The notes: generated by a model not told the origin, from the letters alone. A DNA stretch of 64,000 nt from Camelus ferus (GCF_009834535.1 NC_045697.1:95916001-95980000), one strand, 5' to 3'. Shown: positions 11,724 to 27,374, numbered from the stretch's first letter. Numbers and translations are program-made.

Positions 11724-14700
11724 ATAACTTCTAATGTTTATTCTCTGTGAAAGACTTTGCAGAGACTTAGGGCTGAATCAGATAATCATAAACAGCTGAT
11801 TTTAAAAGTGTAAAATTCAATAATATATATCCTTGTTTTTAAAAGTCTGGTGGTCCTCCCAACTATAGAGTATGTTTAACTTGGAAATTCTTTTCATTGT
11901 TCTTTCAACCTATTTCACTTCCGTTGTGTCCAGAAGTAGAAAGTTCCTCCCAGATTTACTAATTTATTCTGGTCCCACTATCCCCTGTGGCAAACATAGT
12001 CTTGGACTTTCCTTTACATATCCCAAACATTATTAAGGATCTTAACTATGATTTATTTCCCTACTCATGATCATAAAGACTTTATCTATTAGTAATACAA
12101 AAAATGGCAGAAATTTTGAAATAAATGCCTTTCTCTTAGCAAATAGCAAGTTTGAAGGGTGTGGCTTCTTTTCCCATCATTCTTTATAAGCATAAGAGAG
12201 CACTTTATAGATTTATTTTGCCTGGTACAAAGCTATCTTTTTTCTCCTTTTATGAAAGCAGAAGTACCCACGGGAAAGTTTTGTTTATTTATTAATACTG
12301 TAATTTGCTTCTCCTTTTCTTGAATTTCAGGTTTGCAAGGAACCTTAGAGAGCTGATCTAAAGTAATGCCTTTTCTTTCTCTTTCCAAAAAGCATTGCTA
12401 AGTCTCGTAGAAGATGATGAATTTCAGAGTTTTGGGTTGTTCAGTTGCCTTACATGCTGACTTAACAATGTTCAAATATTTCCCATTTTAATAGATGTCT
12501 TAATTATATTTTTGGATTTTAGTTATATACATAAGTGACCTCTACTTATGTTTCCAAAGCTAAAAACAAGAGTTAACTAAGCACAATATGACTTTATTTC
12601 AGAGGTTATAAAAATCTGTTCAAGTTTTGTATGATTTTTGTTAGAAAAGCAATAGCTACATAAGTAGGGTAGGTGAAAAATAATTACAAAGAAGAAAAAT
12701 GTGCATGTATAGTGTAAAATTACATTGAAGAGTGACAAAGATATAAATAAGCAGTATTCAGAAATGGTGTGAGTTGATTGGCAAAGATGTATTACAGTAG
12801 GATTAGTCACAGATGCAAACAATTTACAGGATAATTAGAATTACTCTTCGGCATATTGACTGACCATTAAAGATTAAATTCATTTTAATAAATCTGTAAT
12901 TATGGTGCTGTGCTATGATGGATTTGTTTATAAGCCTCTCTCTCTTTCATCTGTACACCCACGTACACATGCCCTTCACAGATAAAAAAGCACAAAGGTC
13001 CTTCTAATTTTAGTGGCTTCTTGTTATTGACAATGTTGTTGATATTCTTATTGTCGACGTTCTAATCATGAGAAAAACTGGGTCAAGGTATGAATTCACA
13101 AGGGTATTGATGAACATTTTTGGGGAATAAGTAAAATTGCCCAAATATGTCAATAGGCCATTTAAAATTCATATCCATTTAAACATTTTTGCATAAGATG
13201 TGTTTAAATGACACAAAAATATGCAAAATTAGTCAAAACAGTCAAATATGCGGAGGTTTTTAATATCTTAACCTTAACTTACAATTTGCTGATCCTTTTG
13301 ATAGGTCATGATAATATTTTTCCCTGCTTTAAGGTTAAGAATTAAGTTTACAATGTCCACCAGAAGACAGTCTTTCTTCCATCTTTTGGTATAGTTACTA
13401 CTATATTTTATGAAATTTAAAAGAAGTAGTTGATCAGTTGACTATGCAATGCATCTAATATGGTCAGCACAATACCCAATTATATTCAGTTTCTATCTCT
13501 TTATAACAACATATGAATTTGTTGAATTTGTGTATCAGGAACATTTTGAAACTTCACTTAATGTTTTGACACTGACTTTAGAAACCAACATTAGTACTTT
13601 TTTGAAGAATATTCAGATATGGGGACACATGTCTGAAGCCATTATGCTAATTTACATTTTTGTTTAACTAGAAGTTCTAATTATTTTATCTGCATTTATA
13701 GACTCTGTATTCCCTAAATATAAAATATAGGCGAATTATTATACTATTTCTGGGGCTCAGATATATATGTGTACATTTAAGGACTTATTTGATATATTTG
13801 AAAGTAGGATTATATTTGGAGAGACATTGGGAAAATTACTAATTGAATATTGATATCAATATTCATTACATCTTCCAGTAAAGAGTTTCTTTCAGAAGTA
13901 AATTTTTTTTAATTTATAAATATCTTTAAGATTTTTTAAGGTATATTTTGTATGTTTATATATATTAGTATAGAAAGTAATTTTTAATTAAGTACAATAT
14001 TGATCACATATTATAATTTTTAAAGTATATTATATATAAATTTTTATTGAAGTGAAAAAGAATATGTATACATATAATATGACCAAGTAATTGTATTTTA
14101 AATGGCAAAAAAGACTTAGATAAGATGACTGGATAATGAAAATATAAACATTCATAATACAAAGGGTTATGACTCAGAAATAGACACTGTGTTTTCTTGT
14201 GTGTACCGTTTACATTTCTAAACAATTTTCTATCTGACAACAATTTTCAGATATTAAAATGCTTATTGATGCCTAAATGCTGTCCAGATGTAGTAACCAA
14301 AAATTTAGAACATTCATTGTTATTTTAGTAAGGAGAATACAAATGAAATTGAAAAGATGACAATTTTGCTCAAAGCTATTGCACTAAGTCATAAAATAGC
14401 AAATATGCAAAAGAGCCTTTGAACTGGCTTAAGAAATGTTTTGGAAAAATACATTAATAAAACATTTCAGCTGGTAAAATTTTAAAAATGGTATTTGGTT
14501 GGAGGGACCTCATATCCATGGAAAATATTTTAGTACAGTGATCTTAATTGTAAACTGCATATGTTGTGTATGAAAATGTTTAATTATAAGCATTTGGTAG
14601 TTAAAGGCAAAATATTAGAATTTTGCAGCTGGAAGAAATCTTAGCAGTCTTTTAAAAAACATATACATTCACATCAGTATTACTAAACAGCAGCCACAAG

Positions 14701-15984
14701 TAGGGCACATCTATTCAAGAGATTTCTTTCCCTCCCTTTCTCTTCATAGCAATCCAACTGTGTTAAATCATGCAAAGAGAAAACGAACAAATAATTCACT
14801 CCAAGGCTGGAAATCAATGTTGCAGAATACCTGAGAGATAGAGGCCACTCATCAGCAAGCCCAATCAGGCATTAAGAAATTAATGCTGAATAACCAAGAG
14901 GATAGGAACCTGCTGTGGTTGTTTGGTTCAACGCTTCATGGGGCTTGGCTCACACAGAGCACATACACTTCAGAAATGTGAGGTGGATGATGCTTTCTTA
15001 CTTAGTCTTCGTGGTGTCTTGAAAGCAGTAATTGGTTGTTGAAATGAGTTGCTCACAAGACACTTAGAATTTAATATCCCAAAGTGTAGGCTAGAGAGGA
15101 CTGGCTGTTATTTTAGCTTTAAGATTGGTGGCTTTGTTTGCTCTGTTAACATTTAAACCACTATTTTGGAAAAACAGAAAATTCTGGGACAGGAACAAAG
15201 AATTACAGTTTCCCTAGAACAGTTTTGGATGAGGGGAGGAGGGATCTGAAACTTCAAACTTGAAAAAGATTGAAGTAGACAGTGTATCTGAAAAAGCTCA
15301 AATGAATTCTTTCGTTCTCTCTCCAAAATATCCTTTTGTTTTGATTGAGCTAAGAGTCCCAGATGGAAAGAAGCACAGTATCAACTCAAAAGAAACCACT
15401 GCTCTATTTACTTTTCAATCACTACACAGATGCTTTTGGATCTCTTCTGAGTATGAGCATCCTTCCACAGAGTGTGGAAATATTTTTAGTAAGATTGTGC
15501 ACAATGTAAGCATCTAGAAAGAAATCCAAAGCCACAGTTATTTGCAAATTGTGTGTTCTTACTTATTTCAGCATGTCTAAATTAATTCACCATATATTAT
15601 GCAACTTTCTTGCACAGATCACAAGATGAATATTATTAATTTGAAGATTTTTTTCTCCAATACCAAAAGGAATGATAATATATAAATGCCAGTCAATACA
15701 TGGTATTTGTTCATTATCAGTATTTATTTTATCTAGCTGTATTTGGTTTCAAAAATGCAATCTTCATGATGGTAGATGTTTGACTGGGACAAAATTTGAG
15801 TTATGTAATACAAAGAATAAATTAAGAATAATTTCCTTTTTAGTGTTTAAGACATTAGAAATATCAATTTGGATCAGTATATAGTCAACATATTTGACTG
15901 TAGATGGTATTTAAATTATATTCAAACAGTCACTGAACACTTTTCAGACACACTGACCTCTTTGATGACACACAAACATCTAAA

Positions 15985-16460
15985 CATGCTTCTGTCTTAA
16001 AACATTTGTGTCCTCTGCCTAGAATTCTCTTCTCCAGATGTCTGTGTGGTTTTCTCCCCTAACTCCTTCAGGTCTTTACCAGGGCACTACTGATGGCTGC
16101 AAAGCTTGTGGGCCTCACAACTCAGGAGGCATCATTCACATAGATTACAGTGTGAATGACACTCTTCTGGAGTTGTGTGATGCTACAACCTTTGTGTTTA
16201 TATTATAGGTACCACCCTATGAAAGAGCCTTTCCCTAACTACTGTTTAAACGAAAACTCCCCTCTCCAATATTCCCTTCCCCCTTCCTTTCTTAGGATTT
16301 ATCTTTGTAACACATGCAACACATTTTCCTTAATGCTTTTGTTTATCTCCTTTTTAGAATATAAATGCCATGAGATATGGGTTATGGCCTATTTTTCTAC
16401 AGATGTATTTCTAGCATCTAGAACAGTGGTAAGCAGTCAGTAAAATATTTGGTGGATAAG
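15985..16460 (+). mobile_element. L2 3' remnant, interrupted by a MITE
   Basis: tcctctgcctagaattctcttctccagatgtc..ctccttcaggtct..tagaatataaatgccatgag..ctagcatctagaacagtg..aaatatttggtggat. Confidence 0.7.
16080..16215. mobile_element. MER91A-like hAT MITE
   Basis: Imperfect palindrome cacaactcaggaggcatcattcaca-tagattacag-tgtgaatgacactcttctggagttgtg. Confidence 0.7.
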
Positions 16461-18994
16461 GAAACAATCTTTGTTATATTTGTATTGACTGCTTAATTGA
16501 GAAAGATGGAGAGCAGGGACAGAGAGATGAGACAGAAGTTGGACAGAAAGAGCAAGAGAGTGAGAGAGCCAAAGAAATTTAACTTAAAATATCCGGTGGT
16601 ACAGATAGGAAAATAGATGAAAAACCCTTCAGATTAGGAGGACAACGATATGGATGGAATGAGATAAATGGTATAGACGTAGAAATTGCTACTGATGTAG
16701 AACAGAAAGACAACAACATATGGGCTAATTCAGAGGTCACAAATAGAGACATGGTACAGAAAAAAAAAATGGGTATAATAATTTAGGGCATTCCCATCCT
16801 TTCAAACAAAGTCATTGCAAAAAGATTTTATTTTCTTAAAATTATTGTAAAAAAGCAGGTTTATAGTTGGACAAGGGTGGCAAGTACCTTCCTTGGTCAA
16901 CAATCATGTGCTTAAAATCCATCTGAGCATAAGTATGTTTATCATAGGAAATTCTACAGTCATACTAGTATATGGGGAATCATTGGATAAGAATAAGTTT
17001 CAGAAATCATTAAAATTTTTATTTCACTGATAAAAAATTGTTTTAGATAAAATTGTCTGCCACGGATACATTAATGTTTAAATAATAATGCAACTTTCTG
17101 GTGATTTCCCTGACTTCTATTCACAGGGCACAAAGTAATAATATCTATGTCGTCATTTAAATTTTTCTACATTAAATGACTGACTAATAAGTATAAGAAT
17201 TGCAAAAAATGCATTTTTTAAACTTCAAATAAAAAATATTCATACGTGGTAATTATTGGAAATTGCATAACTTGGGGATAGTAGGGCAATATAATAATGA
17301 TTTTAAAAACTTTGATCCTATAATACCAAAATGCTGAGTATAACTAAAAGGCATCAGAACCCTGTTAAAGTAGAAGATTGCTTTTTAAAGCAATGAAGAT
17401 AAAATAGACTCAAAATATAATCTAGTACTTCAGTAAAATTGTTTATTAGTTCTAAAATGATCATTTTAGTATTTTAATTAATTCTTGATCTTTTTTATGC
17501 ACTTTCTAACAATGGCCTTGAATAATTTCAATATGCCATTCTGACAATTATTATAGTTAGTAATATACCAAAACCAGTAAACTGCTTTCATAAAACAAAG
17601 GGTTAAAATATAGCCTTATAAAAACTTCTACTTAAACAAAATGATCAGTAAGATTTTTAAGTTTTGTGGAGTAATTGACTCAATGATAAAAAGCTAACCT
17701 GACCATAATAATTTTACTTTTGCATTTTACTGGTTATTATGATAATTAGCTAGGACACATAATCATAGTTACTACAAATTGTCCATAGTAATTCTCTAAG
17801 AGGTCTAAAAATATTGAGGGGAAATGTTATCACTTACGTGAGATTTCATGTTTAAAAAATTAAATATGTCTTTTCCTACTTTTCTATGTCTTTTCCTAAA
17901 TGCTCCTGTTTTTAATTTTCTAACATCTTCTCTTTGATATCAAAAGAAATCTGTGACTCCCAACTGCCTAAATAGTATAATTGTACCAAGATAATTCTAA
18001 ATAAATAATCTTCTTATGCATTTTAATATGGATACATTTTATGTGTGCTTATTTGATTGTACAATTAATATTCCATTAATCACATAATTTCCCATTGTGT
18101 AATTTTATGAGTTGCATTTCCATCAAAAGCTTCTTTCTACAAATTCATTCAAATGGAAATCGTAACATATATTTGATTGTAGTTTAATATATTGAATCTA
18201 TTTAAATTACTACAAAAGTCTTGCTTAGCTATTACCATTAGTTATTTATTTAATGATGCATGTCAGACAGCCTACAAATGTATCCACTATTAAAATGGTT
18301 TTTAAAAGTTAGCATACATCTGATTTTCTGAGAGATTTTATAAAATGGAAATTATGTGTGCTGTGCTTGACTCCCAAAGTCTAGGATGAGTCCCTTGATT
18401 TTGGATTTGGGTCATGAGTGCCAGATGATTCTGTAAATTGCAAGGCTGATACTTTGGGGACACAACTTAAGAAATACAGAAAAACAGAGTCAGTATTTGA
18501 CCTTTTTGGGTTGTAATATCAACGTGTTCATAATCTATCAACTGCTCCTTAGAGAATTTCCTCTGCTTTACTACCATCATAGGACTGATGTATAGGTATT
18601 CCTAGGGGCTTCAGAAGATGTTTTTTTAATTAGATTATTACCTTTGTACTTAATAAACATTATCTTGTTGAACTAAGACATTTTGTAGGCCTTCAACTTT
18701 TAAAAATGTTTAAATATGTAAGAGCACAGGGAGAAAAAGAGACAAAATAGAAATAAACTTGTCTAACAAAATGCAAAGTAAAATTTAAAGGTGTAGTAAA
18801 CATATTAATTAAAATCAATATTTTTCCAACAAATTGAAGCCTTATATATAATACCTATTTTAGCAAAGATTCAAGGAAATATACACTTTATAAACTTTTG
18901 GTGGCCCTTAAATTTATACTTTCTGCTGGGTAATAAACCAATATGAATTAAAGATCTTATAAATTCCAAATCCTTTATCAAAGTAATTCAACTG

Positions 18995-21730
18995 CTTTTT
19001 GACCAAATTCAACATTCATTTCTAATAATTTCTAATAATTTCCAACAAAGCAGGCATAGAGGGAACATAGCTTCAAATAAAGGTCATATATGACAAGCCC
19101 GCAACAAACATCATATTCAATGCTGAAAAGCTAAAAGCATTTCATCTAAGATCAGGAATAAGACAAGGATGCCCACTCGTGCCACTTTTATTCAACTCAG
19201 AAGTGCCAGCCCCTGCAACCATACAAGAAAAAGAAATAAAAGGAATTCAAATTGGAAAGGAAGAAGAAAAACTGTCACTGATTGCAGATGACATGATAGT
19301 ATACATAGAAAATCCTAAAGAATAACTACTAGAACTCAATGAATTTGGTAAAGTTGCAGGATACAGAACTAATATATAGTAATCTGTTGTGTTTCTTTTT
19401 TATCAATTTTATTTTTTATTTTTTTTTTCAGGGGAGGTAATTAGGCTTATTTCTTTTAATGGAGGTACAAGGGATTGAACCCAGGACATTGTGTATGCTG
19501 GGTATGCACTCTACCACTGAGCTATACCCTCTTCACTTGCTGTGTTTCTGTAGACTAACAATGAACTATTATAAAGAAAAATTAAGGAAACAAATCCATT
19601 CACCATCACATCAAAAAGAATACAATACTTAGGAATAAATCTAACCAAGGAGGTAAAAGATCTGTACTCAGGAACTTATAAGACACTGATGAAAGAAACT
19701 GATGACGATACAAACATAAGCTGAAGATGGAAAGATATATTGTGCTTATGAGTTGGAATAATATTGTTAAAATGACCATACTACTCAGACAATGTACAGA
19801 TTCAATGCAATCCCTATCAAAATACCAAAGCTTTTTTTTTTTTTTTTTTACAAAACAAGAATAATTCTAAAATTTGTATGGAAACACAAAATATCCCAAA
19901 TTTCCAAATAATCTTAAGAAAAAAGAACAAAACAGAAAACATCAAGCTCCCTGATTACAAAGTATACTACAAAGCTACAGTAATCAAAACAGTACTGAAT
20001 ACTGAGTACTGGCACAAATACAGACACATGGATAAATGGAATTAGAGAGTCCAGAAATGAACCCATGTTTATACAGGCAATTAAACTAAGATAATGGAGG
20101 CAAGGATATTCAATGGGGAAAAGACAGTCTTTTAAATAAGTGGTGGTGGGAAAACTGGGCAGCTGGATGCACAAGAACTGAAGTGGACTACCTTCTTACA
20201 CCATATACAAAAATAAACTCACAGTGGATTAAAGACTTAAGTATAAGACCTGAAACCATAAAAATCCTAGAAGAAAACATAGGCAGTATGTTCTGTGACA
20301 TGCCTACTGACTGGGAGAAGATACTTGTAAATGATATTTCCAATAAGGGGTTAATATCCTAAATATACAAAGAATTCATATAACTCAATGTCAAAAAACA
20401 AAGAAATTGATTTTAAGATGGACAGAGGACCTGAGTACACATTTACGAAAGAAGACATACAGATGGCTAACAGACACGTGAAAAAAATGGTCAACATCAC
20501 TAATCATCAGGGAAATGAAAATCGAAACCACAATATAACTTCACACCTGTCAGAATGGCTATTATCAAAAAGACAAGAAATACCATATGTTGGTGAGGAT
20601 GTGGAGAAAAGGGACCCCTTATGCACTGTTGGTGGGAATGTAAATTGTTGCAACCACTAGGGAAAACAGTATGGAGATTCTTCAAAAAATTAAAGAGAAC
20701 TACCACACAATCCAGCAATTCTACTCCTGGATATTTATCCCAAGAAAACAAAAACACTAATTCAAAAAGATACATTCACCCCTATATTAACTGTATCATT
20801 ATTTACAATAGGCAATATATGGAAGCAACCTAAGTGCCCATCAACAGATAAATGGATAAAGAATATGTGATATTTTACATATATAAACATATATATACAT
20901 TCACACAATGGAATATTAAACATAAAAAGAATGAAATATTGCCATTTGCAATATTGGACAAACCTAGAGGGTATTATGCTAAGTAAAATAAGTCAGACAG
21001 AAGAAGACAAATACTATATGCTTTCTTTTTATGTAGAATCTGAAAATCAAACAAAAAATGAACAAACATGTACAGAGAACAAACAGGTAGGTGCTAGAGA
21101 GGAAGGGGTTGGGGGGAGGAGGGAAATAGGTGAGGGAGATTAAGAGGTACAAACCTTCAGTTATAAAATAAATGAGTCACAGTTACAGTGTGGAGAATAT
21201 AGTCAATAAGTATGTAATATCTTTGTGTGGTGCCAGATGGCAACTGGACTTATCCCACTGATGATTTTTAAGTCTACAGAAATATCAAATCAGTGTGTTG
21301 TGGACCAGGAACTAACTTAGTGTTGTAGGTAAATTGTACTTCAGAAACAAACTTACAGTAAAAATCATATTTGTGGCTACCAGAGGCATGGGGTTGTGGA
21401 AGAGTGAATTAGATGAAGGTAGTCAAAAGGTACAAACTTCCACTTGTAAGATAAATAAGTACTAGGGATGTACATGGTAAATAGAGTTAGCTGTATGTTA
21501 TGTGCTCTATAAGTGAAAGTTGTTGAGAGAAATCCTAAGAATTCTCGTCACTAGGGAAAAATATATTTTTTTCTATTTCCTTAATGTTGCGCCTATACGG
21601 GATGATGAATGTTCACTAAATCTATTGTAATAATTTCATGAGCTATGTAAGTCAAAGCATTACATTGTACACCTTTAACTTATACAGTGCTGTATGCCAA
21701 TTATATCTCAATAAAAACCATACAAAAAAA
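18995..21730 (+). mobile_element. 5'-truncated L1 (RT and C-terminal part of ORF2 plus long 3' UTR), degenerate, with an internal deletion near 20300
   Basis: RT-region sequence (ggaataagacaaggatgcccactc = GIRQGCPL; gcagatgacatgata = ADDMI), C-terminal peptides (FTKEDIQMANRHVKK, HCWWECKLLQPLGKTVWRFFKKLK), ends with aataaa and an A-rich tail at ~21710-21730. Confidence 0.95.
19397..19537 (-). mobile_element. tRNA-derived SINE (camelid Vic-1-like) inserted in the L1
   Basis: Antisense A/B boxes (gggattgaacccagg; ctctaccactgagctatacc), ggggaggtaattagg tail segment; target-site duplication tgttgtgtttct (19385-19396) and tgctgtgtttct (19538-19549). Confidence 0.88.
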
Positions 21731-22950
21731 ATTAATTTGAATAGTAAATTTAATACATGGTCCTTTAATACTGCGGACATCAGTGGAACTTTCTCAAAAC
21801 CATACTTATTTTACTATACTGCACAAAAGGATATTTCTAATTAATGTGTCTATAAAAATGAACAGTTTGAAAATGATCTTAGAGACTTAGCATGCTCTAT
21901 TAGATTAAATCCACTTTGAGGACATGGTAAATTTTCAGATAGAGAAGTCATTGTTAAGTGGCTTTATTAAATCGATTATATTAGTATTATGAGAAAGAAG
22001 TGTTCAGAATGCTGTAAAAGTTAGCAATGATCATAAAGTAAGAAATACCACAAAAATTCGTATGTCCTTTTTGGACGATACCACACTAAGAAGTAGCATT
22101 TGAAGGTGTCTAAATATATTCAACTTTTAAAACACAGTAACATATCTATGATAAAAATAGCACACAATACAAAATTAGAAGTAGCAATTTAAAAATCTAA
22201 ACCTTATTAGACTAGAATGCAACAAATTACTTGTAAGATTGAAAGTATAGACTGTAGCTGAAAAAAAATTCTGAAGTACAAAATGTTTTTTGCCCACATT
22301 AAATACCAAATGTCTGACTCCATGATTGTTGTGAATTGTGAGTTGGTCCTTCCCCTTATTTTCAGTGTAAATGGTAAATAAAAATAATTTTTTGTTAAGT
22401 ATTTGCAGGATTATTATTTTTTTCAGTTGAGGATATTGCAGTCATTGTACAAGAAATTCTGTTGTCTAAATCTTAAAGAGTCATGTTGCAATTTGGGGCT
22501 TCCACTATTCAATCTTACATTAAAGTAACATCTTTCAACATTTTTCCATTTTAAAATTAAAGATTTAGATAAGCCATGGAGGATTAATGAGAGTTTGACT
22601 GTAGTTAAGCCCAATCCTGGTACTGAGTGTGCTTTTTTTTTTAGCTGCTAGTAATTCACTTGGGAATGCTAGAAGGACCCTCAATATTTTTCTTAAACTT
22701 CCCCAGCAACTTAATTTCCTACCAAAACTTAATTCTATTTGATTAAGCAAGAAATTATGGAATGCCTATACTAAGTACTAGGCCAAATATTAAAAGAACA
22801 CAAAATTAAGCAACTCTTTAAGACGCCTGTAGTACTGTGCCCTGAAGCTATCTGAAGGAGAAACTTCACAGGCCTCTCTATGAGAACTGGATTACTTTGT
22901 GTCTAGACTCAAAGACTAAATATGAGACACAGTCTAGGTTAATTTTAGTA

Positions 22951-23356
22951 TAGGTATCCCTCCCTTTTCAAAGGTTCACCTTACAACACTTTTACGAAAG
23001 ACTTGCATTAGTACCTGTTTTTGCTAACTATGAGAAATCTGAAGAGGATTTTCACTTTGGTGAAAAGGGAAAACAGTGTTCAGCATTTGTTTTGAAGGAG
23101 CCCTCACAGAAGTAGCGTCTGCTGAGCAGTGAGAATGACAGCACCAAGCTGCTTCCCTGGGAACCACACTCCGCATCTCAGCATCAAGCCTCCATGGCTT
23201 TGACCTGTGTCTGTGAGTGTCTGTGCTTTATCTGGATTTATTTTGTGTTATCTGTTACCAACATGTGGCTTAGATCATTGCTTCTTTGTTTTATTCCATT
23301 TGGGCTTATAAAGGTTTCACAGGAGAGCTCTGCTTTCTGAGAAGGGGGGAAATCTG
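22951..23356 (+). mobile_element. Tigger-family TcMar non-autonomous element (Tigger6a-like)
   Basis: Inverted ends taggtatccctccctttt and agaaggggggaaatctg, TA on both flanks, internal ttttacgaaagac..ttagtacctgttttt..cttccctgggaaccacactc. Confidence 0.8.
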
Positions 23357-24639
23357 TATATTAGACTTATGGGACTTCTCTATGCATCAGCCAAAAATGC
23401 TACTTTTTATTGTTTAATGACGATTTCCCCAAAGCTTCATAAAGTACTAGCTTAGTAAACAGGTGTAGCCAGCCTATGTGATGTATTTTTATGAGTTCTG
23501 GGAAGACCGCTGCCTAAAAAGTTAACTCAACTTCCTGTTTGATACTTACTTAAATTATATCAAAGGCTGAACTTTTAAATATTCTTCAAAAACAAAAACA
23601 TAATGATAATAATGTATGATGGGCTGCAAATAGAATAAGGTAAGAGTAGAGCCATATGATTGTCTAACGAATACAGATTTCTTCATGGGTAGGTTAATTC
23701 TGAAAAATAGAACTTTATCTTAAGTGGTATCATGTCCTTCTTGTTCAAGAATGCTTAAGATTTTGCTGAATACAAAACAGTAAAGTCCTGCCATTCTGGA
23801 GCATATATCTCCTTTCTCAGATTCAACTATTCTGCTCAATGAGCCCTTTAGCTAAGTATAATGGCAGTATTCTAGTTTATGAGGGAATTAAAATTTATGC
23901 TAATCAAAGGAAATATGGACATATATATGTTGGCTCATTGCATGCACTCTCTTCAGGAAGTATGCATGAAGTCGCTGAGGGCACATAATTTCTGCACAGA
24001 TTTTGCATTGTGAAATGTCAGTCAGCTGGTTCCATTACAGTTCAAAATTATTTGTAAACATTTTAGGCATTTAGTACTTTGCAAGCCATCTTCAGTGAAT
24101 GAACATACCGTATGACTTATTCTGTCTTACAGTCTACAAATACTGACAGCGAAACTCTACATGAGTGTAAACTGTTTATAAATTTATAAGCTTGTATGAT
24201 ATGGTACTAGAACCAATCATTTTTAACAATTTAAATAATTCTGAATAAAAATTGACAGCAGCAGTCTATTTTGAAAATACTAATATACCCCCTGCTTTTT
24301 ATTTTGGCCAGGGTAAATTGAGGGTTATCTTTGGAAACTGAATTTATTATAGTTTAATATAGTTGATCAAAAAGTTAGGGACATTTTATTCCATATAATA
24401 TGTTAATTTTGGAGAGATGTTAAAAGTATAGGAAGTACATGGGAATATGTGAGGTCAATAAGTAAAATTAGAGCTTTGGACTGAATATTCAGAAATCTTA
24501 GGTAGCATCCTGTGCAATGTACTTAAAAATTAGATAGAAGCAAGAATAAAAATTTATCTTGAACAATGTGTCTGCTCTTTTACTTTTTAAAAGTGTTTTT
24601 TAAAAATATATCCATTTGTAGAGTAATACATGTTTCTCC

Positions 24640-26010
24640 CATTTTAGATATAAATTATTCTAATATGTTAAATAAGGATGTAAGTTTTTTAAACTCTCAC
24701 CCTCACTTGAAGAAAACACCTGTACTTCTCTAAACCTCTCAAAAGACTTTAATCATAATGTTTGGTTAAATTACCCTTCAGTGTTTACACAGCCACAACT
24801 CTGCAGATACTCAGATTTGTACATGCACACACACAAGTTTTCCCCTAAGAAACACACTTGACCCTATTCTACTCTGAATTACTTTTTCTCTGAATCGTTT
24901 AAGTTCTTTTTTCTTGATCCTTTCAATAAACACATCCTTCAGTAGCTTTCAATGAACAGAAGCACAAAGCATTCTCTGTGGCTGAAAATATCTTCCCCTC
25001 ATATTTGCAAGTAGCTTTCAATTATTATTGTGATTTTCCAAAAGTATTAATGTCACAATTAGTTTTCAAGAATTAGTTACTTCACTTTTCTATATGGCAC
25101 GGTCTTTATTCATGGTTATACTATTTGCCCTTAACTCTGAGGATATTAATTATAGTTTTTTGAAGTTTATCTCTGAATTCAGAATTTATTTTTTAAACTC
25201 TGTAAATTCATGTTCAAATCCTCCTATTTTTTTCATTCATTTTTTAAATTATATTTTCAGTTGAGGGCTTTAAAAACTGTCTGGAATTATGAGAAGGATG
25301 CAATGACCTGAGGGCTGTTCCCTAATTTTTCAAATAAAGTAGTGACTGTTTCACTGGTGCTTGCTGGGGCAGTGTGTCCACCTAATTGGACAATTCTAAC
25401 TGGCTGCTGGTTTCTGAGACCCCTGTTGTGGGCTTTAAAGGGAGTAAGAGTATGTAGATTTTCACTTACTAAAGAATATAGGAATACATCCTACAAGTGT
25501 TTAAAATGTTACTCAGATTTAGTTGCCACCATTTTCTTGGTATTCTTATGTCTAAAATGTTGTTTTGTTTTACTTTTTATGGATCAGTATCTCAAGAAAA
25601 GAAATCTCTTACCTTAAACCAGAATTGCAAAGGGGTTTTAGTCTTGACACAAAACAACAAAGAAGGGCATGTCTAAGTGTTCCTTGAATGATATTTCAAT
25701 TCTGTTTTTAACTCCATAAATCACTTTTAAAGCTACTGTGTACCTTCAATTTCTGAGACTTCTGGCCATTTTTTGACTCCAATTTAGGCCTTGTTGACGT
25801 CTCTTTTATAGTAGATGAAGTCACTTTCTTCATTCTGCAAAATTACCATTTGTTCTTCCATTTCCAATGTTTGTTGATGTTGCTTATCTCCTATCATTTC
25901 CTCTTCCATTTTCTTTATACTTGTGGGTTTTATGCATTTTTATTCTTGCCCTATTTTTAGATGATTAATCAGGTAATAACCAATTCTATTCTACATGCTA
26001 AATGTCTTTT
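24640..26010 (-). mobile_element. Highly decayed old LINE (L1M/HAL1-like) remnant
   Basis: T-rich strand bias and motifs such as ctgaaaatatcttcccctcatatttg and ctgaggatattaattatagttttttgaagttt; boundaries uncertain. Confidence 0.35.
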
Positions 26011-26838
26011 CCATATTTCATTGAATTCTATAGAGGAAGTAAAGATAAGCAAATGTATTCCACATTCCACATACCACATGACTTTTAAATATTCCTTTGG
26101 ATTCTTTTTTGCAATGAGGCCTTTCCTTCTATTTTATGCATGTGTACATTTGTGTGCTATGTGTGTTTCTCTTTGGAAACCTGCAAGTTTGGTTTTCAAA
26201 TAATCTAGTGCTCAATTTTTTGCCTTTAAATTGATATTTTAAGTCTCATGTTTTATTCACAAGTTTCAGAGTATCTACTGATGTATCTAAGAGTATCTAT
26301 TGATGCCCTGTAATGACAAAAGGAGGCAATCAGCTTGTCGACATTCCTTTCACCTCTCTTTCTCCAGACTTGCATTCTGTTAGTTTTATTCTTTTAACTA
26401 AAAATTCAATCAATCTTTCTTTTTACTTCTCTTGCTCTTTCAACATTGGCTGATTATCATCTGTTTTTTTTTTTTTAAACTGTGGATTATTTGCATCTTT
26501 AAGAGCTTTTCTTTGTGACACAAGCAAGGTGGTCTCAAATACCCTCAAATGATTTAAATCAGAAACTTTGTACAATTGCTCAGTCCCTATACTTGCCATT
26601 CACACAGGTTTATAATTGACCTGACCTAGGTTACTTTTTTCCATTTATTTGACAGGAATAATGTTAGAGGCTGTTGTGAATGGTAAGTTCACACACATCA
26701 CAAAGAGAGGGGGTCACCTTGATTCCCCAAAACAATGTGGTGTAGTCTCACAAATATTCTATGTGTTCACTGTTTTAATAATGGACTTTTTTTGTTACAT
26801 TTTCAAGATCGATAACATCAGTAATCTACTAGGTAAAC

Positions 26839-27374
26839 TGTAGTGTGCCCGAGGGCCTCAAAATCAGCTGGAGATTTGCTAAGTCACTGGAAGGAGTCTA
26901 AGGACTCAGCATATAGTCTTTCTCACAGTGATGACTCATTCCAGTCAAATGATACAAAGCCAAATGATGTGATGATCAAGAAACAATACAACACAAAGGT
27001 AGATGGGACAAAGTCCAGAGGAAATTAGCGCCAGCTCCTCCCAATTGAGTCACAAAGGAAGAGCTTAATTCTGCCAACAGGAAATAGTGACAACACATCT
27101 TAAATGTTTTCTTGTGGTCTGATCACATAGGCACTCTCTGCCTAGCAAGAACTAGAACTCAAGACTCTCGGAAGGAAAGCAGGTGCTCACCATTAAACCA
27201 CATTGCGTCCACAAACAGGTTAGTCACAGTTCAAGTATACTCCTAGCTGTTTTGGAAACAAGTAGAATACTCCTGAAATGCAAGATTCCACATGCCAACT
27301 AGGCACCAAACTGGCAAGAAAACCATTCTACGATTAGCGGTCTTAAGCCTGCTATGGTAACTTTGTCTACACAC
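26839..27374 (-). mobile_element. MER21/MER77-like LTR
   Basis: ggactcagcatatagtc..gggacaaagtccagaggaaa..gcttaattc..gtgacaacac..tcacataggcactctctgcctagca..gaaggaaagcaggtg..gcctgctatg. Confidence 0.7.
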